A stretch of 64,000 nucleotides of DNA, taken from the NCBI GenBank assembly GCA_026395965.1, contig JAPLXS010000012.1:36116-100115 (forward strand), written 5' to 3'. This stretch comes from Candidatus Nomurabacteria bacterium (lineage in GTDB: Bacteria; Patescibacteriota; Minisyncoccia; Phycocordibacterales; UBA9973). The notes beneath the pieces are model-generated. The model was given only the letters and a program-made list of their open reading frames with translations. It had not been told where the DNA came from and made no database searches. A program made the translations under genes and the position numbers. Of the stretch, positions 28,758 through 39,949 are shown piece after piece (the stretch's first letter is position 1; each line of letters begins with the position of its first letter).

Positions 28758-29018
28758 AAATATATCCTTAATTATTAGTACTTTTTTAGTATACAATAAA
28801 AAAATTATGTTTTCAATATTTGTATTTTATAATTAAGAAATAATAATTTAAAAACACCCACAAATGGGTGTTTTTAAATTATTATTTCTTTGGTGTAACT
28901 TTTTTTGGTTTCTTTACTTCCTTACGAGCACCTGTACCTTTTGCCATATATTTAAAAATTTAATTTATTAATAATGCATTTATTGTACCACTAATAATCT
29001 ATTTTAAAAAATACGAAA

Positions 29019-29204
29019 ATGAATTATACTATACAAATGGATAATGAAAATGATGAAAAAGAAAAAATAGAAGCAAAAGATCCAGTATGTCCTCGTTGTG
29101 GCCTACGTTCTTACGACGATATGTGTAAAAATTGTGGAACTCCCATCGTTGATAAAAGTGACGATGAAGATGAGGATTATAATTGGAGAGAAAAATACAG
29201 ATAA
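29019..29204 (+). CDS. Small acidic zinc-ribbon protein (CPRCG..CKNCG)
   Basis: Two CxxC pairs in a 61-aa ORF. Confidence 0.4.
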   Translation: MNYTIQMDNENDEKEKIEAKDPVCPRCGLRSYDDMCKNCGTPIVDKSDDEDEDYNWREKYR

Positions 29205-29218
29205 TTATCTGTATTTTT

Positions 29219-29923
29219 TTATTTTAATTTTAGATAATATAATCTTTTGTTTTCAGGTAGTCTTTCTATTGCATAACGTAGCATAGTCCTCGGCATTTTA
29301 TTGTAGTTGGTATCTAGATATGACATTAATTCTTTTTCAGAAACTCTTTTACCCGATTCTCTTAACATCCAACCACATGCCTTTTGGATGAGATCATGTT
29401 CGTCAGACATTAATACATTTACAATTTTGAAAGTCCATTTATTCTCACTATTGTATATGAAAGCAAAGGTTGAGATTATAGAAATCCTACGCTCCCAAAT
29501 ATTTTTTGATTTTGATAGTTTTTCTAATATTTTTTTATCTTTGTTAATCAAATAATCACCGAGTATATAGTGAGCAGATAGATCAACTAAATCCCAATTA
29601 TTTATATATCGGGTATTTTTTAGGTAAAAATTTACAATTATTTTCTTCTCTGAATCATTTTTTGATTGTTTGTATTTATAGACCAATATTAATATAGCTA
29701 TCAAGCGTACTTCATGATATTTATTTTTGATCAGTTTTTCTACTTCAATCAATTTAATATCTCCATACTTATGAGCTATCTTGCGTGATATTGGAACAGT
29801 TATTCCTAAAAACATATCTCCTTCACCATACTGTCCGGGACCAGTTTTAAAAAACCTAGAAAGAATAGCATCCTTTTCTATATTTTTAAATGAAAGTATT
29901 TCTTTTAAAATTTTATCATGCAT
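29219..29923 (-). CDS. DNA alkylation repair protein (AlkD/AlkC-like HEAT-repeat DNA glycosylase family)
   Basis: FFKTGPGQYGEGDMFLGITVPISRKIAHKY matches the DNA_alkylation family core. Confidence 0.7.
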   Translation of the reverse strand: MHDKILKEILSFKNIEKDAILSRFFKTGPGQYGEGDMFLGITVPISRKIAHKYGDIKLIEVEKLIKNKYHEVRLIAILILVYKYKQSKNDSEKKIIVNFYLKNTRYINNWDLVDLSAHYILGDYLINKDKKILEKLSKSKNIWERRISIISTFAFIYNSENKWTFKIVNVLMSDEHDLIQKACGWMLRESGKRVSEKELMSYLDTNYNKMPRTMLRYAIERLPENKRLYYLKLK

Positions 29924-29934
29924 TTTATTTTAAA

Positions 29935-31617
29935 TTATATAAATAATTTTGCTATTCTGATATCTTCAAATGATAAATCAATACCTGATTTATCTAGGAT
30001 ATTTTTTATAGGGCTTAGTTTTCCTACCTCATCGTCTTTTAGTTTTTCATTTGCTTTTCTGACTGAAACTATATTTTTACTATTTGGTTTTATATGATTA
30101 ATCTTTACATCAGGATATTTTTTGACTATGTCTTCTAGATGCTGGATGATTGTACTTCTTACTAATCCTCTTGCTGCAGATATTTCATTTATATCCTTAC
30201 CTTGCTCTAGTAGTTCTTTTGTAATTTCTATTGAAGGGATTTTTGTATCTTTTATTGTTTTTACTTTTATTTTTTTATTTCCCTTTTTTATGCTTCCTCC
30301 CATTCTGTTTATAAAATCTTCTTCCAATTTTATTTGTTCTTCATTTTTTAATTTTCGGAAAAGAAGTTCATTGCTGAAACTTTGATTTTTTAAATCTTGA
30401 TCAAATTCAAAAACTTTGGGGTCTACTCTAAGAGATTCATTGTTGAAACCAACCAAACTGATGCCTTCTAGTGTGCGTACGCGAGAAAGTGCCACGTATC
30501 CCATTCCATAAGAAAAAGTGCGTGAAAGGTCAATTTCTGCGTTATCTAGGGACATTCCCTGGCTCTTGTGTATGGTTATAGCCCATGCAAGTCGCAAAGG
30601 TATTTGAGATACAGATGCTTTTACTTTCCCGTCTTCTTCTATGGCCCATTGTTCTGGTTTTAGAAGTATTTTTTTGCCATTATATAACTCTACAATAGGG
30701 TTACCTGTTTCTTTGTTGAATTCTATTATTTTACCTCGAGAACCATTTACATACCCTTCTTCGAAATTATTTTTAATACACATTACCTCAGCACCTATTT
30801 TAAGTTTTAATTTATCGTGAGCAAGGCATCCTTTTTTTAATATGTCTGTAAGCATTTCAGGACCTATAGATGTCATATGAGAAACTCTCTCCTCCTTTTC
30901 TATAAGAGAAAGTTCAATATTGTTTATATCATCTACGTTTACATTGTGTGTGTAAAGTTTAGTTGCTTTTATGTCACTTTTTAATTTTGCACCAATACGA
31001 CTACGCAATAACTCGTAGTGTTTTTCATCTATAGAGTTTGTACGAATAGAATTTAATATTTCTGTAAGAGTGTCGTCTTCCTGACGGTGCTGCTCTTCTA
31101 TATAACAAACTGCAGGATTTAATATATCCCATGCTTTACTATCAAAAATCATCCCACTTTCATTTTCATCTCCACTTTTGTTTATTGGTGGTAGTTGAAA
31201 AAAATCACCAGATAATATGATCTGTAATCCTCCAAATGGCTTGTCATTTCTTTTGAATCTACGACATACACGCTCTACCATATCTAGTTGGCTAGCATGG
31301 AGCATGGATACCTCGTCTATGATAAGTACACGAGCTTTATCAAATCTTTTCCATAAATACTTTTTTTCTTCTAATTGTTCTAAGTCTTTTTCTTCTAATA
31401 AGCTTCTGATACCTATTCCAGACCATGAATGTATTGTCATGCCATTCATATGAGTTGCTGCGATTCCAGTAGAAGCAGTAATAGCCACTGATATATCATG
31501 GCTTTCTAGATATGATATGTATTTATTTAGAAGATAAGTTTTTCCACTACCGGCACTACCAGTTAAATAAATATTTACTCCAGTTTTCATTATTAAAAAA
31601 GCCTGTTCCTGTGTCAT
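29935..31617 (-). CDS. PIF1/RecD-family ATP-dependent DNA helicase with C-terminal HTH-like domain
   Basis: Walker A GSAGSGKTYLL, Walker B LIIDEVSM, and motifs like the PIF1 signature. The C-terminal ~120 aa resemble the HTH_40 tail of bacterial Pif1-like helicases. Confidence 0.8.
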   Translation of the reverse strand: MTQEQAFLIMKTGVNIYLTGSAGSGKTYLLNKYISYLESHDISVAITASTGIAATHMNGMTIHSWSGIGIRSLLEEKDLEQLEEKKYLWKRFDKARVLIIDEVSMLHASQLDMVERVCRRFKRNDKPFGGLQIILSGDFFQLPPINKSGDENESGMIFDSKAWDILNPAVCYIEEQHRQEDDTLTEILNSIRTNSIDEKHYELLRSRIGAKLKSDIKATKLYTHNVNVDDINNIELSLIEKEERVSHMTSIGPEMLTDILKKGCLAHDKLKLKIGAEVMCIKNNFEEGYVNGSRGKIIEFNKETGNPIVELYNGKKILLKPEQWAIEEDGKVKASVSQIPLRLAWAITIHKSQGMSLDNAEIDLSRTFSYGMGYVALSRVRTLEGISLVGFNNESLRVDPKVFEFDQDLKNQSFSNELLFRKLKNEEQIKLEEDFINRMGGSIKKGNKKIKVKTIKDTKIPSIEITKELLEQGKDINEISAARGLVRSTIIQHLEDIVKKYPDVKINHIKPNSKNIVSVRKANEKLKDDEVGKLSPIKNILDKSGIDLSFEDIRIAKLFI

Positions 31618-31647
31618 AAGATTTATTGTATCAGATTATCAGTATTT

Positions 31648-32184
31648 TTATTTAATAAAGAAAGAAATCAAATCCCATGGTAATCCCATGCTGAAAATCA
31701 CAGCATAAAGAACAATAAAAATTATAGGAATATTTTTTTCAATCGATGAAAGTTTTCTGTATTTTGTATAATCATTTCCTTTTCCCAATAACTCCCATTC
31801 TGTTTTGAAAAGTGAAAGTGGTAGTTTTTCTTCTATATTGTGAATAACTTTAAATTTTGCTTTATTGAGTTGCTTGTAAGATATTATAATTTCATACCAA
31901 CAATAACAGATTGCTATTCCTACAAGAGGAGCAAATAAAAAAATTACTGAGGTATTATTTGATACACTTTTTGTTTCTAAGTATCCAAGTACTCCAATAA
32001 TCGCTGTGTTTAAACCAAGGAAAAATTCATTTGATTTATTTCTTCTGTCGCTAGTACTTTTGAATATATGAAGATACATTCGGTATTGTTCTAAGTAATG
32101 ATCTTTAAAATTTTCATTTGAATCATTATCATTTTTTGAACTTACTCTTGAGTATAGTAGGCTATCTAATTTGTCTTTGTCCAT
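31648..32184 (-). CDS. Small 3-TM membrane protein co-oriented directly upstream of the PIF1-like helicase
   Basis: 178 aa with ~50 aa of hydrophilic N-terminus followed by TM helices. The gap to the helicase start is 30 nt. Confidence 0.45.
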   Translation of the reverse strand: MDKDKLDSLLYSRVSSKNDNDSNENFKDHYLEQYRMYLHIFKSTSDRRNKSNEFFLGLNTAIIGVLGYLETKSVSNNTSVIFLFAPLVGIAICYCWYEIIISYKQLNKAKFKVIHNIEEKLPLSLFKTEWELLGKGNDYTKYRKLSSIEKNIPIIFIVLYAVIFSMGLPWDLISFFIK

Positions 32185-32327
32185 AAGATATATTTTTTAA
32201 TATTATAGTTTAAATTTTATCATATTTTGAATATAAAGAATATGTCTAATGGCATTTTTATTTTAAATTTATAATAAAAACGCCATAAATTATAATAATT
32301 TATGGCGTTTGTTTTGTTTTCCTAATT

Positions 32328-32618
32328 TTATTTAGGAGATTCATTATTTTCATCAGTATCATGATACACCCTTGTTGGTGTTGGTGGTCCTGATGGGTTT
32401 TCATCCTTCTTTATAAAGGGATGATGTTTTTTGTGTAATCTGTATGCAAATATTGCGCATATAAAGCTAATGGCACTAGACCATTTAATAACGGTCCAAT
32501 TGTTATCTATTTGTTGAATATTTGGCAAATAGATATTTCCTAGAGCGTTTAGAGCTGTAAGTGCACTTACTACACATAAAAGTAAAAAGAACTGTTCTGG
32601 AAAATTAGTTGTTTTCAT
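32328..32618 (-). CDS. Small membrane protein
   Basis: 96-aa hydrophobic ORF, monocistronic between two hairpin terminators (32279-32305 and 32680-32706). Confidence 0.4.
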   Translation of the reverse strand: MKTTNFPEQFFLLLCVVSALTALNALGNIYLPNIQQIDNNWTVIKWSSAISFICAIFAYRLHKKHHPFIKKDENPSGPPTPTRVYHDTDENNESPK

Positions 32619-32679
32619 AACTTATCGTTTTTAGATTTTTTATTATTATAGCATAAAAATTGACTTTGTGCAACATATA

Positions 32680-32706
32680 AAATACCCCTATTAATAGGGG
32701 TATTTT
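32680..32706. terminator. Terminator hairpin aaatacccc-tattaata-ggggtattt downstream of atpC
   Basis: Perfect 9-bp stem that closes the atp operon on the minus strand. Confidence 0.6.
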
Positions 32707-32716
32707 ATAATTTTTA

Positions 32717-33160
32717 TTACTTTCTATATTTCTTTGTTCTCCATTTGTCAGCGATTTTGATTCTATTTAGAGAGCGTTCAAGCTCTGTTTCAAAGTGTTC
32801 AAAATCAACAATTTCATTATTTTCTGCTTGTTTACGGAGTTGTTCAGCTTTTGCTTTTGCTTTCTCTATCTCACTATCAGAGATATTTGAAACATGTTCA
32901 GCAAAGTCAGCTAAAATGGTAACAGTGGTTACATCATTTTCTTTTTTTGTTTCCACAAATCCACCAACTATAGCCATAGGAACATGTTCGCCATTTGACA
33001 CTGCGACTATGTCTCCAGATGCAATAGAAGCAATAAGAGGCACGTGGTCAGGTAATATTGTGATCTCCCCTTCTGTTGTTGGTATTGTAACTTGCTCAAC
33101 CAATTCTTCTAGAATTAGTTTTTCTGGGGTAACGATTTTTAATTGTAATTTTTTAATCAT
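32717..33160 (-). CDS. atpC: F0F1 ATP synthase epsilon subunit
   Basis: MIKKLQLKIVTPEKLI..ILPDHVPLIA; position after atpD. Confidence 0.85.
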   Translation of the reverse strand: MIKKLQLKIVTPEKLILEELVEQVTIPTTEGEITILPDHVPLIASIASGDIVAVSNGEHVPMAIVGGFVETKKENDVTTVTILADFAEHVSNISDSEIEKAKAKAEQLRKQAENNEIVDFEHFETELERSLNRIKIADKWRTKKYRK

Positions 33161-33194
33161 TCTTAATTCGTAATTATTAATTCTTAATTATAAA

Positions 33195-34574
<1,380 letters not shown>

Positions 34575-34630
34575 TTAATAATGTTTTTAATTTTTTTGAG
34601 CCTAAATTCTTAATTCGTAATTATTAATTC

Positions 34631-35536
34631 TTAATTAATCGAGGCCATTCCTGCACTTATCTCTGATATCTCTCTAGTGATATTTGCTTGACGAGCTTTG
34701 TTAAATACTAGAGTCAAGTCATCTATCATTTCTCCGGCAGCTTCGTTTGCATTTTTCATCGCGACCATTCTTGATGATTGTTCGGAAGCTTTGGATTCAA
34801 GCATCATTTGATATATTTGCATTCTGACCAATTTCTCTGCGAGTGTATCTAATAGTGTACTCGTATCTCCTTCTATTAAATATGGAATTTCTGACGAAGC
34901 ATGACTATTTTTTAATTTCTCCTCTGCATTTGCGTCTAGTATTTTTTTGAATTTATCTTTTGATATTGGTAGTATTTTCTTTACTACTGGTTTTTGATTT
35001 AATGCTGAAAGGAAATGAGTATAAGCTATATAGACTTTTGAATACTTTTCATTTTTAAATTCATTTGTAACATAAGTAGAAAGTGAAGTTATATCTCTCA
35101 TACTTACATTGTCTGGAATATCTGTAAATGTAGCTATTATATTTTGATCAGTACGGCGCATTGCCCCGTCACCTTTTTTGCCTACAGATATAATATCTAC
35201 ACTTTGTTCTGTGTTTTTATTTTTTATTTGAGCAATAACTCTTTTTATTACTTGAGAATTATACCCTCCACATAGACCGCGATTTGAAGTGATAAGAACT
35301 ATCAAGTATTTTTCGTTGTTGGTATTCTTAACAAAAAACTTATGAGACAAATTTTCTATTCTCTCTGAAAGTGAAGTTAAGATTTCCCAAGAATAAGAAG
35401 AGTAAATACGAGAAGCCAATGTCTGAGATACTGCACGTTTCATCTTTGAAGCAGCAACAAGCTCCATCGCTTTAGTGATTTTCTTTGTACTTTTTACAGA
35501 CTGTATTCTTCTTTTTATTTCTTTTGTGGATGCCAT
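34631..35536 (-). CDS. atpG: F0F1 ATP synthase gamma subunit
   Basis: MASTKEIKRRIQSVKSTKKITKAMELVAASKMKRA. Confidence 0.9.
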   Translation of the reverse strand: MASTKEIKRRIQSVKSTKKITKAMELVAASKMKRAVSQTLASRIYSSYSWEILTSLSERIENLSHKFFVKNTNNEKYLIVLITSNRGLCGGYNSQVIKRVIAQIKNKNTEQSVDIISVGKKGDGAMRRTDQNIIATFTDIPDNVSMRDITSLSTYVTNEFKNEKYSKVYIAYTHFLSALNQKPVVKKILPISKDKFKKILDANAEEKLKNSHASSEIPYLIEGDTSTLLDTLAEKLVRMQIYQMMLESKASEQSSRMVAMKNANEAAGEMIDDLTLVFNKARQANITREISEISAGMASIN

Positions 35537-35549
35537 AATTTTGTAGCAA

Positions 35550-35632
35550 AATTTAAATGTTCTTTTGTGAATGGTCTGGCCCCTCGTCCTGCATCAATCG
35601 AGGACCTGAATAAAAGAATATTTAAATGAAGC
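35550..35632. repeat. ~83-nt palindromic intergenic element A (atpA-atpG spacer), near-identical to element B at 38098-38184
   Basis: The shared core reads gaatggtctggcYcctcgtcct..cgaggacctgaataaaagaatattt and is flanked by an inverted aatRttctttt/aaaagaatatt pair. Confidence 0.6.
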
Positions 35633-35636
35633 GATT

Positions 35637-37139
35637 TTACTTTTGTATTGATTGTTTAAACTCAGTAATTGTTTTTACCAATTCAGCCTCACCTTCATCT
35701 GACCACATTTTTGTATCGATGACTTCTTTGTAGAAAGTTTTTGCATTTCTTCGTGCGTATTCAGTAAGACCTTCTTCAAAAGATTTGATAGAATCTACAG
35801 CTATATCATCCATGTGTCCTTTTGTAAGAGCATACAAAACTACAACCTGGTCTTCTGTTTTCACAGGAGCATATTGAGGTTGCTTTAGAACTTCAACAGC
35901 GCGTTTACCGCGTTCTAGCTGACTTTTTGTACCTTCATCTAGATCAGAACCAAATTGTGAGAAAGCTTCAAGTTCACGAAATTGAGCAAGGTCAAGCTTA
36001 AGAGTTCCAGAAACTTTTTTCATAGCTTTGATCTGAGCAGATGAACCCACACGTGATACAGAAAGACCTACGTTTACAGCTGGACGGATTCCCTTATAAA
36101 ACAAATCTGTTTCAAGGAATATTTGTCCATCAGTAATAGAGATAACGTTTGTAGGAATATAAGCAGAAACGTCACCTGATTGAGTTTCGATTATTGGTAA
36201 TGCTGTTATAGAACCACCACCGTATTCTTTATTTCTTCGGCAAGCACGTTCTAGTAAACGAGAGTGCAAATAGAAAACATCTCCAGGGAAAGCTTCGCGT
36301 CCTGGTGGGCGACGTAATAATAGAGAAATTTCGCGGTACGCTACAGCATGTTTTGAAAGATCATCGTAAATAATTAAAACATCTTTTCCTTGATCCATAA
36401 AATATTCAGCGATAGATACTCCTGTATATGGAGCGATATATGAAAGAGCTGAAGATTCAGATGAACCAGCTGAAACTATGATCGTATAATCCATAGCACC
36501 ACCTTCTTCTAAACGAGTTTGAAGTTTGCGTAGTTTGGAATCTTTTTGACCGATAGAAACATAAACACAAATCATGTCTTGTCCTTTTTGGTTCAAGATT
36601 GCATCGATAGCAATAGCTGTCTTGCCTGTCTGACGGTCACCAATGATAAGCTCACGTTGTCCACGTCCAATAGGGATAAGAGTATCAATAGCTTTGATAC
36701 CAGTTTGAACAGCTTGGTTTACTGACTGACGTGTGATAACTCCAGGAGCTACTTTTTCAATAGGATTGGACTTATCTGTCTTTATTTTACCTTTTCCATC
36801 TATAGGCTCTCCGAGGGCGTTTAATACACGACCTATTTGAAGATCTGATACAGGGACTGAAAGAATCTGACCTATAGCTTTTACTTCATCCCCTTCACGA
36901 ATTTTTGAGAAGTCTCCAAGAATGATAACTCCAACAGAATCTTCTTCTAGGTTTAAGGCTACTCCAGTTTCTCCATTTGGAAATGAGACCATTTCTGATG
37001 CTTTGATATCAGAAAGACCAGATATTTTTGCAATACCATCAAATACTTCAATAACATGACCTACTTTTTCAGCCTTTGCTTCATCTTTGAAGTTTTCTAT
37101 TTGTTTTTTTAAGTTTTCTACAATGTAATTTTTAGTCAT
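35637..37139 (-). CDS. atpA: F0F1 ATP synthase alpha subunit
   Basis: [20 protein letters not shown] Walker A; 500 aa. Confidence 0.95.
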   Translation of the reverse strand: MTKNYIVENLKKQIENFKDEAKAEKVGHVIEVFDGIAKISGLSDIKASEMVSFPNGETGVALNLEEDSVGVIILGDFSKIREGDEVKAIGQILSVPVSDLQIGRVLNALGEPIDGKGKIKTDKSNPIEKVAPGVITRQSVNQAVQTGIKAIDTLIPIGRGQRELIIGDRQTGKTAIAIDAILNQKGQDMICVYVSIGQKDSKLRKLQTRLEEGGAMDYTIIVSAGSSESSALSYIAPYTGVSIAEYFMDQGKDVLIIYDDLSKHAVAYREISLLLRRPPGREAFPGDVFYLHSRLLERACRRNKEYGGGSITALPIIETQSGDVSAYIPTNVISITDGQIFLETDLFYKGIRPAVNVGLSVSRVGSSAQIKAMKKVSGTLKLDLAQFRELEAFSQFGSDLDEGTKSQLERGKRAVEVLKQPQYAPVKTEDQVVVLYALTKGHMDDIAVDSIKSFEEGLTEYARRNAKTFYKEVIDTKMWSDEGEAELVKTITEFKQSIQK

Positions 37140-37143
37140 ATGT

Positions 37144-37551
37144 TTATTTGGTTATAAGATAATTTTGTAATTTTTTGATTTTATTCTTTAGGGTAGTATC
37201 TATTATCTCATCTCCGATTTCTATTTTTATACCTCCCAACAATTTTTCATTTATTTGAAATTCTAGAACTGTATTTTGTGCTTTGTATCTTTTTTTTATA
37301 AAATCCTCAATCTCTGTTATAGCTTTTTGTTCTAATTTTATTTTAGAGCTTATTTTTGCTCTGATAACACCATTATTTTTGTCTGCAATTTTTTCTAGCT
37401 GATTTATGATTTCTTTAGATTTACTAAGTAAATGTTTTTTAGAAATTATATTTACAGCATTTTTCATTACAGCATCGAGTTCTGCCTCATCTTTATCATG
37501 AGATGATTCATATATTGCTCGTGCTAAATTGTTAATCGAAATTGTTGCCAT
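37144..37551 (-). CDS. atpH: F0F1 ATP synthase delta subunit (short form)
   Basis: Position between atpF and atpA, helical, 135 aa. Confidence 0.7.
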   Translation of the reverse strand: MATISINNLARAIYESSHDKDEAELDAVMKNAVNIISKKHLLSKSKEIINQLEKIADKNNGVIRAKISSKIKLEQKAITEIEDFIKKRYKAQNTVLEFQINEKLLGGIKIEIGDEIIDTTLKNKIKKLQNYLITK

Positions 37552-37552
37552 A

Positions 37553-38044
37553 TTATATATTCTTTAATTGGTCTATTGATTTACTCTCAAATTTTTCATT
37601 TGGATGAGATTCAAGTAGTTTTTCTGTGGCTAAAACAACAAGAGAAACTATTTCTTGTTTTGCTTCTTCTATTATTTTAGCCTTTTCTGATTCAAGAACT
37701 TTTTTACCATTTAGTATCATAGTATCAACTTCATTTTTTGCAGCTTCAATCATTTCAGCTTTTTTTGTTTCAGCTTCTTTTTTGCCTTCTTGAAATATAG
37801 TATGAGCTTCAGTACGAGCACTTGAAACTATCTCGTCGTATTCTTTCTTTGTGTTTGCAAGCAATATAGCATTCGTCTTTGCATCATTAAGCCCACCTTC
37901 TATATTTGCAGAACGCTCTTTCATTAATTGCTTTAGTGGTTTTACTATTAAGAAGTATAAAACACCAAGAACTATAATAAAGTTTATAGTTTGAGCTACT
38001 ATTATTTTCCAGTCTATATGAAATGTTGTTATAAATGAATCCAT
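37553..38044 (-). CDS. atpF: F0F1 ATP synthase subunit b
   Basis: Single N-terminal TM helix plus a long charged helix; position in the operon. Confidence 0.8.
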   Translation of the reverse strand: MDSFITTFHIDWKIIVAQTINFIIVLGVLYFLIVKPLKQLMKERSANIEGGLNDAKTNAILLANTKKEYDEIVSSARTEAHTIFQEGKKEAETKKAEMIEAAKNEVDTMILNGKKVLESEKAKIIEEAKQEIVSLVVLATEKLLESHPNEKFESKSIDQLKNI

Positions 38045-38097
38045 GTTTGAATAATTAAGAATTAATAATTTAGAATGAGTTAAGTAAATTTGTGTGG

Positions 38098-38184
38098 AAT
38101 TGAAATATTCTTTTCTGAATGGTCTGGCTCCTCGTCCTCCCTCGTCCGAGGACCTGAATAAAAGAATATTTCAATGCAACACTT
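38098..38184. repeat. ~87-nt palindromic intergenic element B (atpE-atpF spacer), copy of element A
   Basis: Same conserved core and the same orientation as element A. Confidence 0.6.
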
Positions 38185-38325
38185 TTGTAATTATAATTTG
38201 TGAAGCCTTTGTGAATAAAGAAGTTTTGGCTCCTTACTCCTAGTCATTTGTGATATCCTCATCTGAATGAACGATAGAAATTCAGACGGACAAGGAACCA
38301 AGTGACTAGATGTAAATAGCAAAAA

Positions 38326-38556
<231 letters not shown>

Positions 38557-38578
38557 TTAATAATGATTGACCTTTAAA

Positions 38579-39502
38579 CTAATGCGAACTTACTAACTCT
38601 CCTTTTTTACTATGCTCTTCATTCTCATCATGTTCGTGGTCCATGTTTGAAATAGTATAGTAAACAAGAGTCAAAATGGCAAAAATAAATGCCTGTATAA
38701 CACCCACTAATACTTCTAAAAGTAAAAATGGTGTAGGAAGAATATAAGCCATAAGTGCTCCCATGGAAGCAAGTAGAACTTCTCCAGCAAATACATTACC
38801 AAAGAGACGGAAAGAAAGAGATGCTATTTTTGCAAATTCTCCAACAAGTTCAAGGAGCCCAACAGCAAACATTATAGGGGCTGTCATTAAAATCATTGGA
38901 TCCTTTTTAACCTTGGTAAACATGCCACCAAGAGCATTCAGATTAACATATTTGTTTATTGTTTTCCATAGCCCGATAGATATAACTCCAAAAATATTTG
39001 CACCTATAACAGAAAGTACTGCTAGTGGTAATGTTCCATTTATATCTGCAGTACCACTTCTAAAAAGAGGTATAAAAGCTTTGCTGTGTTCTCCTATTTC
39101 AATAAATCCTAAACCTCCAAGTGGAAGAATTCCCATCCAATTATTTAAAAGTACAAACATAAAAACAGCAAATACTATTGGAAAAGCTTTGTTTGTTATG
39201 GTACGGCTATTTGTAACTTGGTCACACAAAAGCTCGGCTTCTTCTATTACTATTTCAAATAGATTTTGAATTCCTTTTGGTATTTTTTTTATACTTATTT
39301 TAACTATTATTGAAATGATTATAAGTATAAAAACAACTACCCAACTAGTAAAAAGTGCATTTGTAACAGTAAAAGAACCAAAGTGAGCAATAGGCTCAGC
39401 ATATAAAGTAGACTCGTGAGATATTTCCTCAGGTGCATTGCTTATAGCTGGTACTAAAGCTGTAGTTTCGATTGTTGTATTTTCTGTATTTACTATGCTC
39501 AT
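38579..39502 (-). CDS. atpB: F0F1 ATP synthase subunit a
   Basis: Multi-TM protein with a conserved Arg-containing helix (LSFRLFGNVFAGE). Confidence 0.9.
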   Translation of the reverse strand: MSIVNTENTTIETTALVPAISNAPEEISHESTLYAEPIAHFGSFTVTNALFTSWVVVFILIIISIIVKISIKKIPKGIQNLFEIVIEEAELLCDQVTNSRTITNKAFPIVFAVFMFVLLNNWMGILPLGGLGFIEIGEHSKAFIPLFRSGTADINGTLPLAVLSVIGANIFGVISIGLWKTINKYVNLNALGGMFTKVKKDPMILMTAPIMFAVGLLELVGEFAKIASLSFRLFGNVFAGEVLLASMGALMAYILPTPFLLLEVLVGVIQAFIFAILTLVYYTISNMDHEHDENEEHSKKGELVSSH

Positions 39503-39505
39503 AAA

Positions 39506-39772
39506 TTAATTTTCTCTTTTTTCTTTTATGTCCAATTTCTTTTTATAAATTCTTGCTTCTTTCCATATTAGATAAATAGTTATTAGGAAAGCAATTGCAG
39601 TTAAACCAAAGAAAAATAAATTATTCTTATTATATTTATTATCTAAATAATTTCCAAAGTAAGATGATATTATAATAGGAAATACAATATATGCAGATAC
39701 TTTTGTAAAAATTATAACTCCATCTTTCCACCAAGGTGGATTGATTAAACTTGGATTTTCTTGATTATTCAT
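39506..39772 (-). CDS. AtpI/AtpZ-like small membrane protein leading the atp operon
   Basis: 88-aa 2-TM protein immediately upstream of atpB. Confidence 0.5.
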   Translation of the reverse strand: MNNQENPSLINPPWWKDGVIIFTKVSAYIVFPIIISSYFGNYLDNKYNKNNLFFFGLTAIAFLITIYLIWKEARIYKKKLDIKEKREN

Positions 39773-39797
39773 AAAGAAAAGGCATAAAAGCCTTATG

Positions 39798-39841
39798 CGT
39801 GTGCTTGGAATCGGACCAAGGACTTCTGTCTTTTAAATGGC
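39798..39841 (-). repeat. Direct partial duplicate of the 3' half of tRNA-Ile (anticodon-stem 3' strand through acceptor end), 40 nt downstream of the intact tRNA
   Basis: GACAGAAGTCCTTGGTCCGATTCCAAGCACACGCA versus GACAGAGGTCCTTGGTCCGATTCCAAGCACACGCA in the tRNA, one mismatch. Confidence 0.65.
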
Positions 39842-39877
39842 AGAGAGTTATAAAATGAAAGAGATTACCGCCCTGTG

Positions 39878-39949
39878 TGCGTGTGCTTGGAATCGGACCA
39901 AGGACCTCTGTCTTATCAGGACAGCGTTCTACCACTGAACTACACACGC
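39878..39949 (-). tRNA. tRNA-Ile (anticodon GAU)
   Basis: Manual fold gives acceptor GCGTGTG/CACACGC (perfect), D-arm GTTC-AGTGGTA-GAAC, anticodon stem-loop CTGTC-CTGATAA-GACAG, and T-arm CTTGG-TCCGATT-CCAAG; 72 nt. Confidence 0.85.

Noticed and set aside
39765-39947. 60-aa ORF on the minus strand
   Set aside because: It fully overlaps tRNA-Ile and its partial duplicate, so it is spurious.
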